DNA from: Planktothrix sp. GU0601_MAG3
GTDB lineage: Bacteria > Cyanobacteriota > Cyanobacteriia > Cyanobacteriales > Microcoleaceae
Length of the DNA: 64,000 bases
Assembly (NCBI GenBank): GCA_035193785.1
Contig: CP136572.1
Location: 4,180,578-4,244,577, forward strand
Direction: 5' to 3'
Positions 24,020-35,490 of this stretch are shown one piece after another (positions within the stretch are counted from its first letter, which is position 1; the number at the start of each line of letters is the position of its first letter). Below the pieces are notes generated by a model. The model saw only the letters and a program-made list of their open reading frames with translations. It made no database searches and was not told where the DNA came from. Made by a program: the position numbers and the translations under genes.

Positions 24020-25049
24020 ATGCCGTTACACGCCGAGTTACATCGCCATTTAGGGGGTTCAGTTGTACCGCGCATTTTGTGGCGGTATTTCCAACGTCAT
24101 AACCCTCAGTTTCACCCAAGGTTTTGCAGAATATGAGGGGTTTGAGGATTTTTATACCAAACCCCGCAATACCTTAGATGAATATTTAGAACTGCATACT
24201 ATGGTTGAAAGTGTACAGACCGTTGAAACCCTCCCCTATTTTATTTATCGGTTAATGCGGGGTGCTTATACTTTTGAGAATTTAGCCTATTTAGAATTAC
24301 GTTATACCCCCTATTTACGCACTCCAGAACATCTGAGTCAGTCCCAAAGAATTGACTGTATGGCTGAAATTGTGGAAGTGGTGGGAAAAGCTAGTCAACT
24401 GAGTAATACTCCGATTATCACTAGCCAAATTTTATGTATGCACACCCGACTTCCCTTTGAGGTCAACCGAGCTATTATTGATTTAGCCTCCCAAATGCCC
24501 CAATATGTTTGTGCAGTTGATATCGCCGGAGGGGATAATCATTATGGTCAACGGTTGGATGAATTTATCAATTTATACAAATATGCCCTATCCTTGGGCT
24601 TAAAAACTACCGGACATTTATATGAAACCCCGGAAGGTTGTTATCCTGAATTATTGCCCTATTTCATGCGCATTGGTCATGGAATCCAAATTCCGTTATT
24701 ACATCCCGAATTATTACCTGAATTAGCCAGAAATAATCAATGTTTAGAGGTCTGTCCTACCACCTATATTAAAACCGGAACCCTCAAGGATATTCAGCAG
24801 CTAAAAATTGTTTTTGAACGCTGTTTTGAGGCTGGGGTTGATATTGCTATTTGTACCGATAATGCCGGGTTACATAACGTGCGTTTACCCTTTGAATACG
24901 AGAATTTATTAACCCTCGATATTATCGGATTTGAACAATTAGAAGCCTGTCAACAAGCCGCCTTTCGTCATGCTTTTGCCTGGCCCCATCAAAACCCTCC
25001 CACACAAATTCTTCATGGTTTATTAAAACCCGAACCTGCAATTGTTTAA
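24020..25049 (+). CDS. Adenosine deaminase family protein (frameshift near 24110)
   Basis: AELHRHLGGS, RIGHG, LEVCPT and ICTDNAG. Confidence 0.88.
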
Positions 25050-25078
25050 ACCCGATTTTTCCCCTCGCCCATTCCCTT

Positions 25079-25212
25079 TATAGCGCTAGGGAACAGGGAA
25101 CAGGGAACAGGGAACAGGCAACAGGCAACAGGGAACAGGCAACAGGCAACAGTAGGTTATGAACAGGTTACAAGGTTTAGTATTGTCAAATACCTTAATT
25201 GTTAGCGCTATA
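25079..25212. mobile_element. MITE-like element with TATAGCGCTA/TAGCGCTATA ends containing (GGGAACA/GGCAACA)n
   Basis: 10-bp terminal inverted repeat and an internal heptamer array at 25089-25151; the right end overlaps the GDSL gene stop codon. Confidence 0.6.
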
Positions 25213-25797
25213 ATAATTCCGGTTTTTTCGCCTTTTCTAAGAGTGGTTTTAAATCCTTTGCCACTCTTTCTCCTAAGCGTTGATGTCCGGCCGCATTAGG
25301 ATGAATAAAATCCTCCTGTCGGTATTTGGGATTATCAATAATTCCTTCTAAAATTTGAGGGATTAAATAGGCTTGGGTTTCTTGGGCTACTCGCTGATAA
25401 ATTTCTGCATATTCATCTGTAAATAGCCCCAAATTAATTCCGAGTAAAACCGCGATCGCCTGTTTTTCTTGAATTTTAGTGACAATTTCTTTTAAATTGG
25501 CTTCTGTTTCGGTTTTGGGTAATTTTTGGAGAAAATCATTCCCTCCCAATTCCACGTATTTCCCGCCACGCCCCGATTCACAATCGGTAAATTCAATAAC
25601 CGACTGACAACACTGGGAAAACTTTCCGCTTGATTGAGCCCATAACCACTAGCAATACTATCCCCTAAAACAATAATTTTATCTCCGACTCCCGCCTGAA
25701 GATTTTTTACCCTCGCCACCGAATGACCACAACTACTGACAATCAAAATGGCAATACACAAACCCAATAATATTGCTAAAACATGATTTTTTTTCAT
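25208..25797 (-). pseudogene. GDSL/SGNH arylesterase lipoprotein with internal deletion and frameshift at 25555/25556
   Basis: GDSIASG (block I) is present. RGVAGNT abuts VELGGND out of frame. DFIHPNAAGH (block V) follows. Confidence 0.7.
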
Positions 25798-25890
25798 AGG
25801 TTTAGCTCCATATTCCTATCTAGTGATCGGGGGTTGATTAGGCACAAATCGAGGTCATTAATGCTCTCTCAGTTTAAAGTTTTACCTTCA

Positions 25891-26310
25891 CTAAAATTGC
25901 TTAATAATTAATAGACAATTGCGTCCATCTTTGCCGTGTTCATAACTTAAATAATCGGCAATATCCCGCATTAATTTCAAACCTCGCCCCCCTCCTGAAT
26001 GATGATCAATATCCGTGGTAAGATTCTCGATTTGTTTAATTAAATTAAAAGGAAGCCCATAGTCCCAGATCCGAATTTCAACTTGTTGCTCTAAAATTCT
26101 GACTTCTAAATCAATCTGTAAATCCGAGGAAAGTCCTTTGTGGGCGTGACGAACAGCATTAGTAAATCCCTCTGCTAAAGCTAACTGACAGCGTAGCCAA
26201 AGAGATTTAGGAATAAAGGGCTGATACAGTTGATCAAACCAAGACAAGACCTTAGCTAGACTATCTAGGCTAGAGGGAACTTGCAGTTGAGTAATTTGGG
26301 GTAATGACAA
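25891..26310 (-). CDS. Anti-sigma regulatory factor, RsbW-like HATPase_c kinase
   Basis: LAEGFTNAVRHAH, IWDYG and GGRGLKLM. Confidence 0.88.
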   Translation of the reverse strand: MSLPQITQLQVPSSLDSLAKVLSWFDQLYQPFIPKSLWLRCQLALAEGFTNAVRHAHKGLSSDLQIDLEVRILEQQVEIRIWDYGLPFNLIKQIENLTTDIDHHSGGGRGLKLMRDIADYLSYEHGKDGRNCLLIIKQF

Positions 26311-27288
26311 TGGTTTTAAACCCTCTTATTCAATCACAATAAGTTTGACTGATTCCCTAAGTCTTGAACAGTATTTAGGGATGGAGAATAATTATAGTTA
26401 CTGATTTTGTAGAAAAATATCCACACAACCAGCTTTATCAGGTTTTACCCTCACCGGGCTAACTACGAGCCTCTGCTGATTAGTTTTCCATCAACGACGG
26501 AATCACTAACTACTTTTTTGATTGGCTTGTCCCGATTAAATGGCTACTCTTAAAAATATCTACTTTCTCTGATTTATCGGACAGCTTGTGTAGACAAGTT
26601 TTAGTTAGGTTAATTCTAACTTTCCGCAATCTCAGATCGGGACTTACACCTATTTTTAAGGATCAATGCCTCTTGGACTCCCCATAATTCTAGCCATAGT
26701 TGGCGATATTTGTCTATCTTTATCTGCGTTTTCGCAGTTTAAACTCAATAGTTCAACTGACTTGATGATCATAAAATGGAAGTTCAAGCACCAGTGATCT
26801 CGGTTAAACCTCTGATACAGTCTGGGACTAACGACCCGATTATCCGGCCAAGACCAGTCACCACTCGTTGAGTCTCCCTATACTTTACTGGATTTTTAGA
26901 AAGTTTTGCAGTTGGGTTGAACCGCAGTTGTGCCAAATCAAGTAAAATACTTCTTTGCACCGCGAGAGATCACCCCCGACTTGTTGTAACCTTTAAGCAA
27001 AATCAACCTATTCAGGAGTTAAAACACCTTCCTTGGAAATTGAACTGACCTTCTATGGATGAACACTAATATTGCACAAAATTATTGCCCTAAGATTCCA
27101 GAGGATTAATCTTAACTTTTCTGGGACAAACTGTATGAATCTTCAATATTAACTGAACATCATCCTAAATTCCTTTAATCTCAAATTCAGTCAACCTTCC
27201 AATTAGACTATACTCAAAGATCAAAAGAGCACAGTCTTAACTTAGTCTTAATTACCCTCATCCATTGTACCGACGTACCTCAACACTC

Positions 27289-28432
27289 ATGTTTAAAATT
27301 CTGGTTATCGATGATGATGTTGCCATTTTAGAACTTCTTAAAAGAACGCTGAAGAAACAGGGTTATGATGTCAGCGTGGCAAGTAATGGTGAAGAAGGTA
27401 TAGAACAGGCTAAACAGCTATGTCCGGCATTAATTATTTGTGATTGGATCATGCCTAGATTAACGGGGATTGAAGTCTGTCGTCAAGTTAAGGCTACCCC
27501 AGAATTATCAACCACACAGTTTTTTCTATTAACTTCCTTGGGTTTCAGTTTCTGACCGAGTTACGGGGTTAGATGCGGGGGCTGATGATTTTATTTCTAA
27601 ACCCATTGAAATGAATGAACTCTATGCTAGAGTTCGGGCAGGATTAAGATTACATCAACTTAGTCAAGATTTACAAACCCAAAAACAACTAATTGAAGCC
27701 GAACTAGCCGAAGCCGCCGAGTATGTGCGATCGCTCCTTCCCGAACCCTTAACGGAACCGATCAGAATTGATACTAAATTCATTCCTTCCCGTCAATTAG
27801 GCGGTGATTCCTTTGACTATTATTGGCTGGATTCTGATCATTTATCAATTTATTTATTAGATACATCAGGACATGGTTTAAAAGCGGCTCTCCCTTCGGT
27901 TTCTGTGCTGAATTTACTCCGATCTAGGGCAATTCCTAATATTAATTACTATCAACCTAGTGACGTTTTAAAAGCCTTAAATACCACCTTTCAAATGACC
28001 TACCAAAACGATAAATATTTTACAATTTGGTATGGAGTTTATGATTTTTCCCATCGAAAATTATTGTATTCTAGTGCTGGTCATCCCCCCGCTATTTTGT
28101 TAACTGGCAAAGATCCCAAAAATCTCAAAATTGAAATGTTAAAAACCCGGGGAATGCCAGTGGGAATGTTTTTAGAAGCCGAATATATAGATGCGACCCA
28201 CGATATTGCAGAATGCAGTAATCTTTATATTTTTAGTGACGGAGTTTATGAAATCCAACCACCAGACAATAATACTACGATGTTGGGTTTAGATGGATTT
28301 ATCTCTATTTTAACGGAATATAATCATTTACAATCAAATACTTTAGAATTGGTATTAAATACGGTTAAAAAATATAATTCCAACAATCCCTTTGATGACG
28401 ATTTCTCACTCCTAAAAGTAAGTTTTGATTAA
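27289..28432 (+). CDS. Response regulator receiver plus PP2C/SpoIIE phosphatase (frameshift near 27545)
   Basis: [48 protein letters not shown] and DDFS. Confidence 0.9.
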
Positions 28433-28554
28433 CTTTTTATCAATACTCATAGTCGATTTATATAAAATTGAGGGTGAAATTGGGAAACACCAATCTGCAT
28501 GAATTCAGATCAACCCCCGTTTTCACCCCATCTTAGTGACCCAATAGCACCAGA

Positions 28555-28875
28555 TTAGCTTTCAACAAATTCCAAAAATTTCTCTTGGCTTTCAAAAATC
28601 TCAAACACCCGATCCATGCTGGTAAGTTCAAATAAAATCCTAATTTGCTCATTAATAGAACAAACAAATAATCGACTTCCAGCCGCTCTGACTGCTTTCA
28701 AAGCTAAGACTAATGCACCCAAACCAGAACTATCCATAAACGTGACATCTTGGAAGTCAATTAATATGGTCTTTGCTCCTTTTTCCACTAAAGCAACAAT
28801 ATCCTGCCGAAATTGACTTGCTTTAGTGCCATCCAAAATCCCGTTAGGTTTAAGAATTTTAACATCAGAACTCAT
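28555..28875 (-). CDS. STAS-domain anti-sigma factor antagonist
   Basis: VTFMDSSGLGALV phosphorylation motif. Confidence 0.92.
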   Translation of the reverse strand: MSSDVKILKPNGILDGTKASQFRQDIVALVEKGAKTILIDFQDVTFMDSSGLGALVLALKAVRAAGSRLFVCSINEQIRILFELTSMDRVFEIFESQEKFLEFVES

Positions 28876-28977
28876 AGTTTTTTAGGGGTTGAACCCTCCA
28901 TTAAGACTCGCTCGACTCCGTTAGTATAGCTTTGAGTTGAACTCCATGCCAAATCTATCCGTTTAACTTTAACACGC

Positions 28978-29617
28978 CTATACTGGACTGACCTTGGCGC
29001 GATATAGAAGTTTATTTCCCTGGCGGTATCCAGTATATCGCACAATCACCGGTTGTCCGGGTTGGGCCGTTCCCTCCAAAAGCTGGTGAAGATGGGGATC
29101 ATAGGGAATTTCTGCCCCGACAGGTGCGATCGCTTCCACTCCCCATTCTCCCATAAGCTGTTCTACCGGACTTACAAAACGTAATAATTTGACCGCCGAT
29201 AATTGGGGATTTTCTTGAACCCGATACACCACCGTTGGCCATTGTAAGAGCCAGGACTCCAGGGTGTGCAGACTTTCCCGCCTCCATTCCTCCAGCAAGA
29301 CGGAACGTTGCTGTAACATTTGGGTTTGTAAGTGTTGATATTCCTGTTCTAAATTCCCTCCAGAGGCTTTTTCCTCCTCCGGGACAGCACCCGGAGCAAA
29401 CACCGATAGGAGTTCGGTCAGGGAAATCTTTAAACCCCGGCTAATTTTTAGCAAAATACCCACAGGGGTTTGCAGCGCAAGTCCCCGTCGCAGTCGAATA
29501 ATCTGTAACGGGGAAACTCCAGCATTTTGACTGAGTTTCCTCTAGGCTAGAAACCCCCGCCCGTTGCATTAATTCCTGCAATTGGGAAGTATAATCGGGC
29601 AACGCAGATTCACTCAT
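28978..29617 (-). CDS. XRE-type HTH plus GrpE-like domain protein (frameshift near 29537)
   Basis: Corrected N-terminus EELSQNAGVSPLQIIRLRRG is HTH-like. C-terminal YDPHLHQ...GYRQGNKLLYRAKV resembles the GrpE beta domain. Confidence 0.7.
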
Positions 29618-29658
29618 TTTAAGTTTTGGTTCACGAGTTATCTGCCATTGATGGCCCT

Positions 29659-30165
29659 TTAATTTCCTTGTAAATGGGATTCTAAGAACCACAAGCGCTG
29701 ATCAATGGCGCGGGAAATTCCAGTATACAAATCGGCGGTATCCGCGTCGCCTAGTGCGCCTGTTTTATCAATGGCTTCTCGAACCATTTTGCCATAAGGA
29801 GCATAACGATCAGCTAATGCCACCACATAATCTTTATCATTAGCAAGATCTAAGGGAAATTCGGGTAAAATTGTGTAGGCAACCGCCATCCGAGCCGTTC
29901 CCATAGCTGTCCCGCCCAACGCCGTCGCCCGTTCTGCAATTAAATCTACATATCCTTCTAATTCCGTTGCCATTTCATCAAATAGTAAATGCAACTGATA
30001 GAAATTCATCCCTTTGATATTCCAGTGGGCTTGTTTAACTTGGGTTTTTAGGTCTAGGGTTGTCGCTAAACTATGATTGAGAATATCAATAATTTCGGCG
30101 CGGGTGGCTTCGGGTAAATCAATTCTAGTTGCATAAAGACGTTGTTTGTGGCTAGTTGTTACCAT
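29659..30165 (-). CDS. dps: DNA starvation/stationary phase protection protein Dps
   Basis: KQAHWNIKG, QLHLLFDE, DLIAER and LWFLESHL. Confidence 0.93.
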   Translation of the reverse strand: MVTTSHKQRLYATRIDLPEATRAEIIDILNHSLATTLDLKTQVKQAHWNIKGMNFYQLHLLFDEMATELEGYVDLIAERATALGGTAMGTARMAVAYTILPEFPLDLANDKDYVVALADRYAPYGKMVREAIDKTGALGDADTADLYTGISRAIDQRLWFLESHLQGN

Positions 30166-30267
30166 GATTGAGAAGGCTCCTTTAAGGGTTTTATTTGATT
30201 AAAAAAAATCAAACTGGAAAATAAACTAAGGAGATTATATTAGATTTTAAATCTTTCTAAATCTGCC

Positions 30268-30528
30268 TCAAGCCAGATGTTTTTGCAGAATAGAACGGGG
30301 TGCTTTTCGCACATTACAGCGAATGGTTTCTAATCCTAATTTTGTGCAGGCTTCATATCGATGACAGCCAGAAAATCCATAATATTCTCCCTCGACTTCC
30401 AAAACATCAATGGGTTCTTGTAACCCAATCTCTTGAATCGATTGCATTAAGATTTCTACTTTGGCCGGATCAGTCCCTCGGGGGAGGGGGCGGCGAATCA
30501 GCTTGAGAGGAATTTCTTTAACCTGCAT
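30268..30528 (-). CDS. srxA: Sulfiredoxin (ParB/Srx domain)
   Basis: YGFSGCHRYEA signature in an 86-aa protein. Confidence 0.88.
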   Translation of the reverse strand: MQVKEIPLKLIRRPLPRGTDPAKVEILMQSIQEIGLQEPIDVLEVEGEYYGFSGCHRYEACTKLGLETIRCNVRKAPRSILQKHLA

Positions 30529-30760
30529 AGGATCTGTCTTCCTTTTTTCTGTCTTTCTATATCGTACTCATAATGACTTCAACTTACAATTAATCGGGCT
30601 AAAAATTTTTACCCCCAGGTTTCCGGCATCGGTGATTGAATGGGGAGAAGTAATGTTAGGGTGGGTCGGGGCAAGGATAATTGGCTTTAAACCGTCAATA
30701 GACTTGACAACTGAGCTATCCACCATCGATAAAAGACAATCAAAGACAGATTTTTAACCC

Positions 30761-31592
30761 ATGACAACGGACAATCGACAAAAAAGAATCGCAATATTTG
30801 ATAGTGGTGTGGGGGGATTAACGGTTTTAAGGGAACTGTACCGTCAACTTCCGAATGAATCCGTACTCTACTTTGGAGATACGGCGCGGTTGCCCTATGG
30901 AAGCCGTTCACGAGAGGAAATTATACAGTTTGTCCGTCCGATTATTCTTTGGGCGATGCAACAGGATGCCAAAATGGTTCTCATGGCCTGCAACACCAGT
31001 TCCGCCCTGGCATTAGAAACGGTTCAAGATGAATTTGATATCCCGATCCTGGGACTGATTCTCCCGGGTGCTCAAGCAGCAGTGCGACAAGGAAAACGGA
31101 TTGGAGTGATTGCCACCCCCGCCACCGCCACCAGTAATGCCTACCGCCATGCGATTCAAGAAACCGATCCGTCGGTTCAAGTCTGGCAGGTGGGGTGTCC
31201 AGAATTTGTTCCCATTATTGAACAAAACCGGATTCATGACCCTTATACCTATCAAGTGGCACGGGAATATTTAACTCCGTTAATTCAGCAGCAAATTGAT
31301 ACTCTGATCTATGGCTGTACCCATTATCCCCATTTGGCTCCGGTGTTGCGCTCAATCCTTCCGGCTCAGGTTTCAGTTGGTTGACCCGGCGGTTTCTTTA
31401 GTTAAGGCTACTGCTAAGGAATTAGAAATATTAGGAATGCGGAATACCCAGCCCCCCAAACCAACCCGGTTTTGTGTGAGTGGCTGCCCTCAACAGTTTG
31501 CTGATCTTTCGGTACAGTGGTTGGGATTTACTCCCGCAGTAGAAGCCACCATCTTACCCACGATGGAACCCGTCACTGTCAGTAATCAGTGA
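30761..31592 (+). CDS. murI: Glutamate racemase (frameshift near 31371)
   Basis: FDSGVGGLTV, PYGSRS, ACNTSS and GCTHYP. Confidence 0.95.
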
Positions 31593-31712
31593 TCAGTCAT
31601 CAGTCATCAGTTGAGGAGTTAATAAACTAACTGTAAACTTCTTAACTGATAACTGATAACTGTTAACTGATAACTGTTAACTGATGACTGTTAACTGTTA
31701 ACTGATGACTGA
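31578..31712. repeat. STRR arrays (TCAGTCA, TAACTGA, TAACTGT)n
   Basis: Tandem heptamers in opposite orientations downstream of murI. Confidence 0.8.
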
Positions 31713-31825
31713 TGGTTGAGTGAGGTTTTAAAATACTTAGCAAGGGCTAAGAGCAAATAAATCATTAAAACATAACCCGTGGCCAGAAGCGGGATGATTA
31801 AAGGCATATCGTTATAGAACATCAT
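31691..31825 (-). CDS. Putative 44-aa single-TM small protein (below the ORF-track cutoff)
   Basis: Hand translation gives MMFYNDMPLIIPLLATGYVLMIYLLLALAKYFKTSLNHQSSVNS*. Confidence 0.45.
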   Translation of the reverse strand: MMFYNDMPLIIPLLATGYVLMIYLLLALAKYFKTSLNHQSSVNS

Positions 31826-32465
31826 GAGTCAGCCCGAAGAAATAGGAGGAGGAGCATCACAGAAGTTTAAGACCCGCTACATCAGGCCAACACGCGATCG
31901 CTAACGCCCGCGCTCTTGATGGCCCACAAACAAGAAATTTCTGGGGGAAATTCTCATTTCCCTGAAATATTACCCACACCGAAACCCAGTAGAGGATTCC
32001 CTACTTTAAAACCTAGGATTCTCTCATAAAACCCTAAATAGAGACTCCCCTCACTGATATTGTGGACAGCCTAATGACCAGAACGGAGTTAGAAGCTCGT
32101 TGAGAAGTCCTAACGGCTATCCTGAAGCCAACAGATTAACCAAGCGGCGATAGATTCTCCCGAAACCAGTCGCTAGACCCGTTGTCCCTAATGTATAGAA
32201 TTCTTTAAACTCTTGCCCCAAGGATAACATAAAAATTAGAGAATGGGGGCTATTGAAGGAAATTTTTTTCAGTATGGGATTTGCCCACCGAGCCAGAAAA
32301 ACAGAGTGGGGGAAAGGGGGTGCAAAAGCAGCAGAAGCGACCTTTTTCAAGGGTTAGCGGTGTTTAAATTTTTGAGGATTGCTCCTAGCCATGGAGAGTT
32401 AGCGAGACAATATTTTAGCGAAAATGCGATCCCCTGAGCCGAAACAGCTTAGAATCAGACTATAA

Positions 32466-32483
32466 TATGTAAAATTTTGTTAA
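32466..32483. promoter_or_regulatory. HLR1-like (RpaB) site upstream of sds
   Basis: Minus strand reads TTAACAAA-AT-TTTACATA, next to TATAAT at 32461. Confidence 0.4.
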
Positions 32484-32507
32484 CTCAATGCCTGAGTTGG
32501 CTAATCC

Positions 32508-33480
32508 ATGACATCGCAAACTTTTTTATTTTCGCCAGTTGAAGCAGACCTGCGACAGTTAACCGATAACTTAAAACAGCTTGTCGGTGCGCGACATCCG
32601 ATTTTGTATGCCGCCGCAGAACACCTGTTTAGTGTCAAAGGGAAACGGGTACGTCCTGCGATTGTCCTGTTAATTTCCCGAATGACAATGCCCGATCAAA
32701 ATATTAGCCTGAAGCACCGGAGGTTGGCAGAAATCACGGAAATGATCCATACCGCCAGTCTTGTCCATGATGATGTTGTGGACGATTCTGAAATGCGTCG
32801 GGGAGTTCCCACGGTTTCATAGCCTATTTAATAACCGAGTTGCGGTATTAGCAGGAGACTTTCTGTTTGCCCAATCTTCTTGGTATTTAGCCAATTTAGA
32901 TAACCTGGAGGTGGTGAAATTATTGTCTCAGGTGATTATGAATTTAGCGGAAGGAGAAATTCAACAGGGTCTGAATCGGTTTGACACGGGGTTATCCATT
33001 GAAGCCTACCTAGAAAAAAGTTATTATAAAACGGCTTCTTTGATTGCCAATAGTTCTAAAGCGGCAGGTGTTTTGAGTGAAGTTTCTCCGCAACAAACCG
33101 AAGATTTATATAACTATGGTCGTTATCTAGGTTTAGCCTTTCAAATTGTTGATGATATTTTGGATTTTACGGGTTTAACCGAGGAATTAGGGAAACCCGC
33201 AGCGTCTGATCTCAGAAGTGGAAATTTAACTGCACCCACCCTTTATGCTTTAGAGGAAAAACCCTACCTAGAAACTTTAATTGAGAGGGAATTTACTGCT
33301 GATGGAGATTTAGAACAGGCTTTGACCTTAATTAAAGATAGCTCTGGGATTCAACGCTCTAGGGAATTAGCCTCTTATCATGCCCAACAGGCGGTCAAGT
33401 ATTTGGAATCTTTTCCAACTTGTGAATCTCGACAGGCTTTAATTGGTTTAGCAGATTATGTTTTAAGTCGGCTGCACTAA
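32508..33480 (+). CDS. sds: Solanesyl/polyprenyl diphosphate synthase (frameshift near 32815)
   Basis: GKRVRP, HTASLVHDDVVD and AFQIVDDILD. Confidence 0.9.
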
Positions 33481-33507
33481 CAGGAGTTGACAGTTAACTG
33501 ATGGCGG

Positions 33508-33547
33508 TTGACTGTTGACTGTTAACTGTTAACTGTTAACTGTTAAT
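33508..33547. repeat. STRR (TGTTAAC/TGTTGAC)n
   Basis: Tandem heptamers between convergent genes. Confidence 0.75.
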
Positions 33548-33582
33548 TAATAAAGTATTTCTGGCTGGCATATTGAAATAAA

Positions 33583-34345
33583 TCAAGCCACATTTTCCGA
33601 AAAGAAAAACACCTTTCCTCCGTAGGCTCGTTGTAGATAATCTTCTTTCAAAACCTGTTGACGATTGCCCATAGCAATTATTTCTTGATTGAGGAGAACC
33701 AAATCATCAAAGTTAACAATGGATTCTCCCAAATCATGGTTAATCACAATCACAATTTTCCCCGATGCTGCTAACTCTCGAAATAAACTAAAAATCACCG
33801 CTTCGGTTTTTTGATCAATCCCCACAAAGGGTTTCATCAAAACAAAAAATCTCCGCTTCCTGGGCTAAAGATCGGGCTAAAAATACACGCTGTTGTTGAC
33901 CGCCCGACAGTTGACCAATGGGGCGATGTTTGTATTCAACCATTCCCACCCTTTCTAATGCTTGGGTAGCTAGGCGACGACTTACCCCGGAAAAAGGACG
34001 TAACCACCCGGTTTTCCGCACTCTCCCCATCATCACAATATCCCAAACCGTTGCCGGATAGTTCCAGTCAATTTGCGATCGCTGGGGAACATAGGCGACC
34101 CGTTGACGTTGCTGAATTAGGGGTTTTCCGTCATAAACCACCGCACCCGTCCCCATGGGAATTAGCCCCAACATCGCCTTCATTAAGGTACTTTTCCCCG
34201 CCCCATTTGGCCCAATAATCCCCGTGAGTCGTCCGGGTTGGATGTTTAAACAGATATTCCGCAATGCTTCCACCCCGCGATAGTTGACGCTGAGGTGGTC
34301 AATGGTTAAGGCTGGATTAAGATGGGGGAATTCTATAATGTTCAT
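33583..34345 (-). CDS. Mn/Zn ABC transporter ATP-binding protein, MntA-like (frameshift near 33833)
   Basis: GPNGAGKST, YVPQRSQIDW, LSGGQQQR, DEPFVGID and HDL. Confidence 0.9.
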
Positions 34346-34408
34346 CGGCGTTCCGGTGTGTTTTCTATTCCCTTTTTGGGGAGGATGATGTTTATAGTCT
34401 ATCATAAA

Positions 34409-34427
34409 CATGAAAAGATTATGAAAA
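34409..34427. promoter_or_regulatory. ManR-type direct repeat between divergent Mn ABC genes
   Basis: cATGAAAAgattATGAAAA, an OmpR-type tandem repeat with 11-bp spacing that resembles the cyanobacterial ManR site TATGAAAAGAATATGAGA. Confidence 0.6.
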
Positions 34428-34437
34428 ATTTTAGATC

Positions 34438-35406
34438 ATGTTGCCAATAGTTACTCAAAAGTCCTTTTCTATCCAGTTTTGGGGTATTTTTTGCGGGATT
34501 ATGTTAACGGGATTAAGTAGTTGTACTCAAGCAAAAATTGATAATTCTGTTAATAGCAATCTACCAAAAGTAGTATCTACGAGTACCATTATTGCCGATT
34601 TAACTGAACAAATTGCTGGGGATGAAATTGAACATCTAGGAATTTTAAAACCGGGTACAGATCCCCATGTTTATGAACCTGTTCCTCAAGATAGTATTGC
34701 TTTAGAAAAGGCGGATTTAATTTTTTATAATGGTTATAATTTAGAACCGGGATTAATTAAGTTAATTAGGGCGGCGGGAACTCAGGGAAAAAAAGTGGCT
34801 GTGGGGGAAGTGGTTAAACCTTTAGATTTTCAATATAAAGGACAAAAACAACCCGATCCTCATGTTTGGGGAACGGCTAAAAATGCTATTTTAATGGCGA
34901 ATAAGATTAGGGATGAGTTGATTATTTTATCTCCTGAAGATCGGGATATTTTTACTAAAAATGCGGCTGAATTAACTAAAAAATTAACTAAATTAGAGGC
35001 TTGGATTCAAGAACAAATTGCCACTATTCCCCCTAAAAATAGAAAGTTGGTGACAACCCATGATGCGTTTCAATATTATGCTTATAACTATAAATTAGAG
35101 GTTATTGGTACATTAATTGGGATTAGCACGGAAGAACAACCGAGTGCAAAAACCGTTAAAACCTTAGCGGGTTCGATTCAAGAAGCGGGGGTTCCAGCTA
35201 TTTTTGCGGAAACTACTATTAACCCTCAATTAATTACAACGGTTGCGGAAGAATCGGGGGTTAAATTAGCTCCAGAGCAGTTATATTCTGATTCGATTGG
35301 TGCTCCAGGAAGTGCGGGGGAAACCTATATTAAAATGTTGGTTAAAAATACTAAAACTATTGTGGAAGCATTGGGGGGGAAATATACTCCTTTTAATCCT
35401 AATTAA
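34438..35406 (+). CDS. Mn/Zn ABC substrate-binding lipoprotein, MntC-like
   Basis: Lipobox LSSC, DPHVYEP, DPHVW, HDAFQY and YSDSIG. Confidence 0.9.
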   Translation: MLPIVTQKSFSIQFWGIFCGIMLTGLSSCTQAKIDNSVNSNLPKVVSTSTIIADLTEQIAGDEIEHLGILKPGTDPHVYEPVPQDSIALEKADLIFYNGYNLEPGLIKLIRAAGTQGKKVAVGEVVKPLDFQYKGQKQPDPHVWGTAKNAILMANKIRDELIILSPEDRDIFTKNAAELTKKLTKLEAWIQEQIATIPPKNRKLVTTHDAFQYYAYNYKLEVIGTLIGISTEEQPSAKTVKTLAGSIQEAGVPAIFAETTINPQLITTVAEESGVKLAPEQLYSDSIGAPGSAGETYIKMLVKNTKTIVEALGGKYTPFNPN

Positions 35407-35412
35407 AATTTT

Positions 35413-35482
35413 GTTGTTGCGCTTCAGCGCCATCTTTATGAGGGTACTGAAGCACAACAACGGGCAACAACGGGCAACAACG
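35413..35482. repeat. Inverted repeat with short tandem tail
   Basis: gttgttgcgcttcag...ctgaagcacaacaac followed by (gggcaacaac)2, between convergent genes. Confidence 0.5.
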
Positions 35483-35490
35483 CCATAATT

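Noticed and set aside
30461..30911. ORFs antisense to srxA and murI (representative of many shadow ORFs in the track)
   Set aside because: They overlap well-supported genes and have no recognisable motifs.
32117..32437. Two opposing short ORFs upstream of sds
   Set aside because: They have no recognisable motif or clear RBS and cannot be supported from sequence alone.
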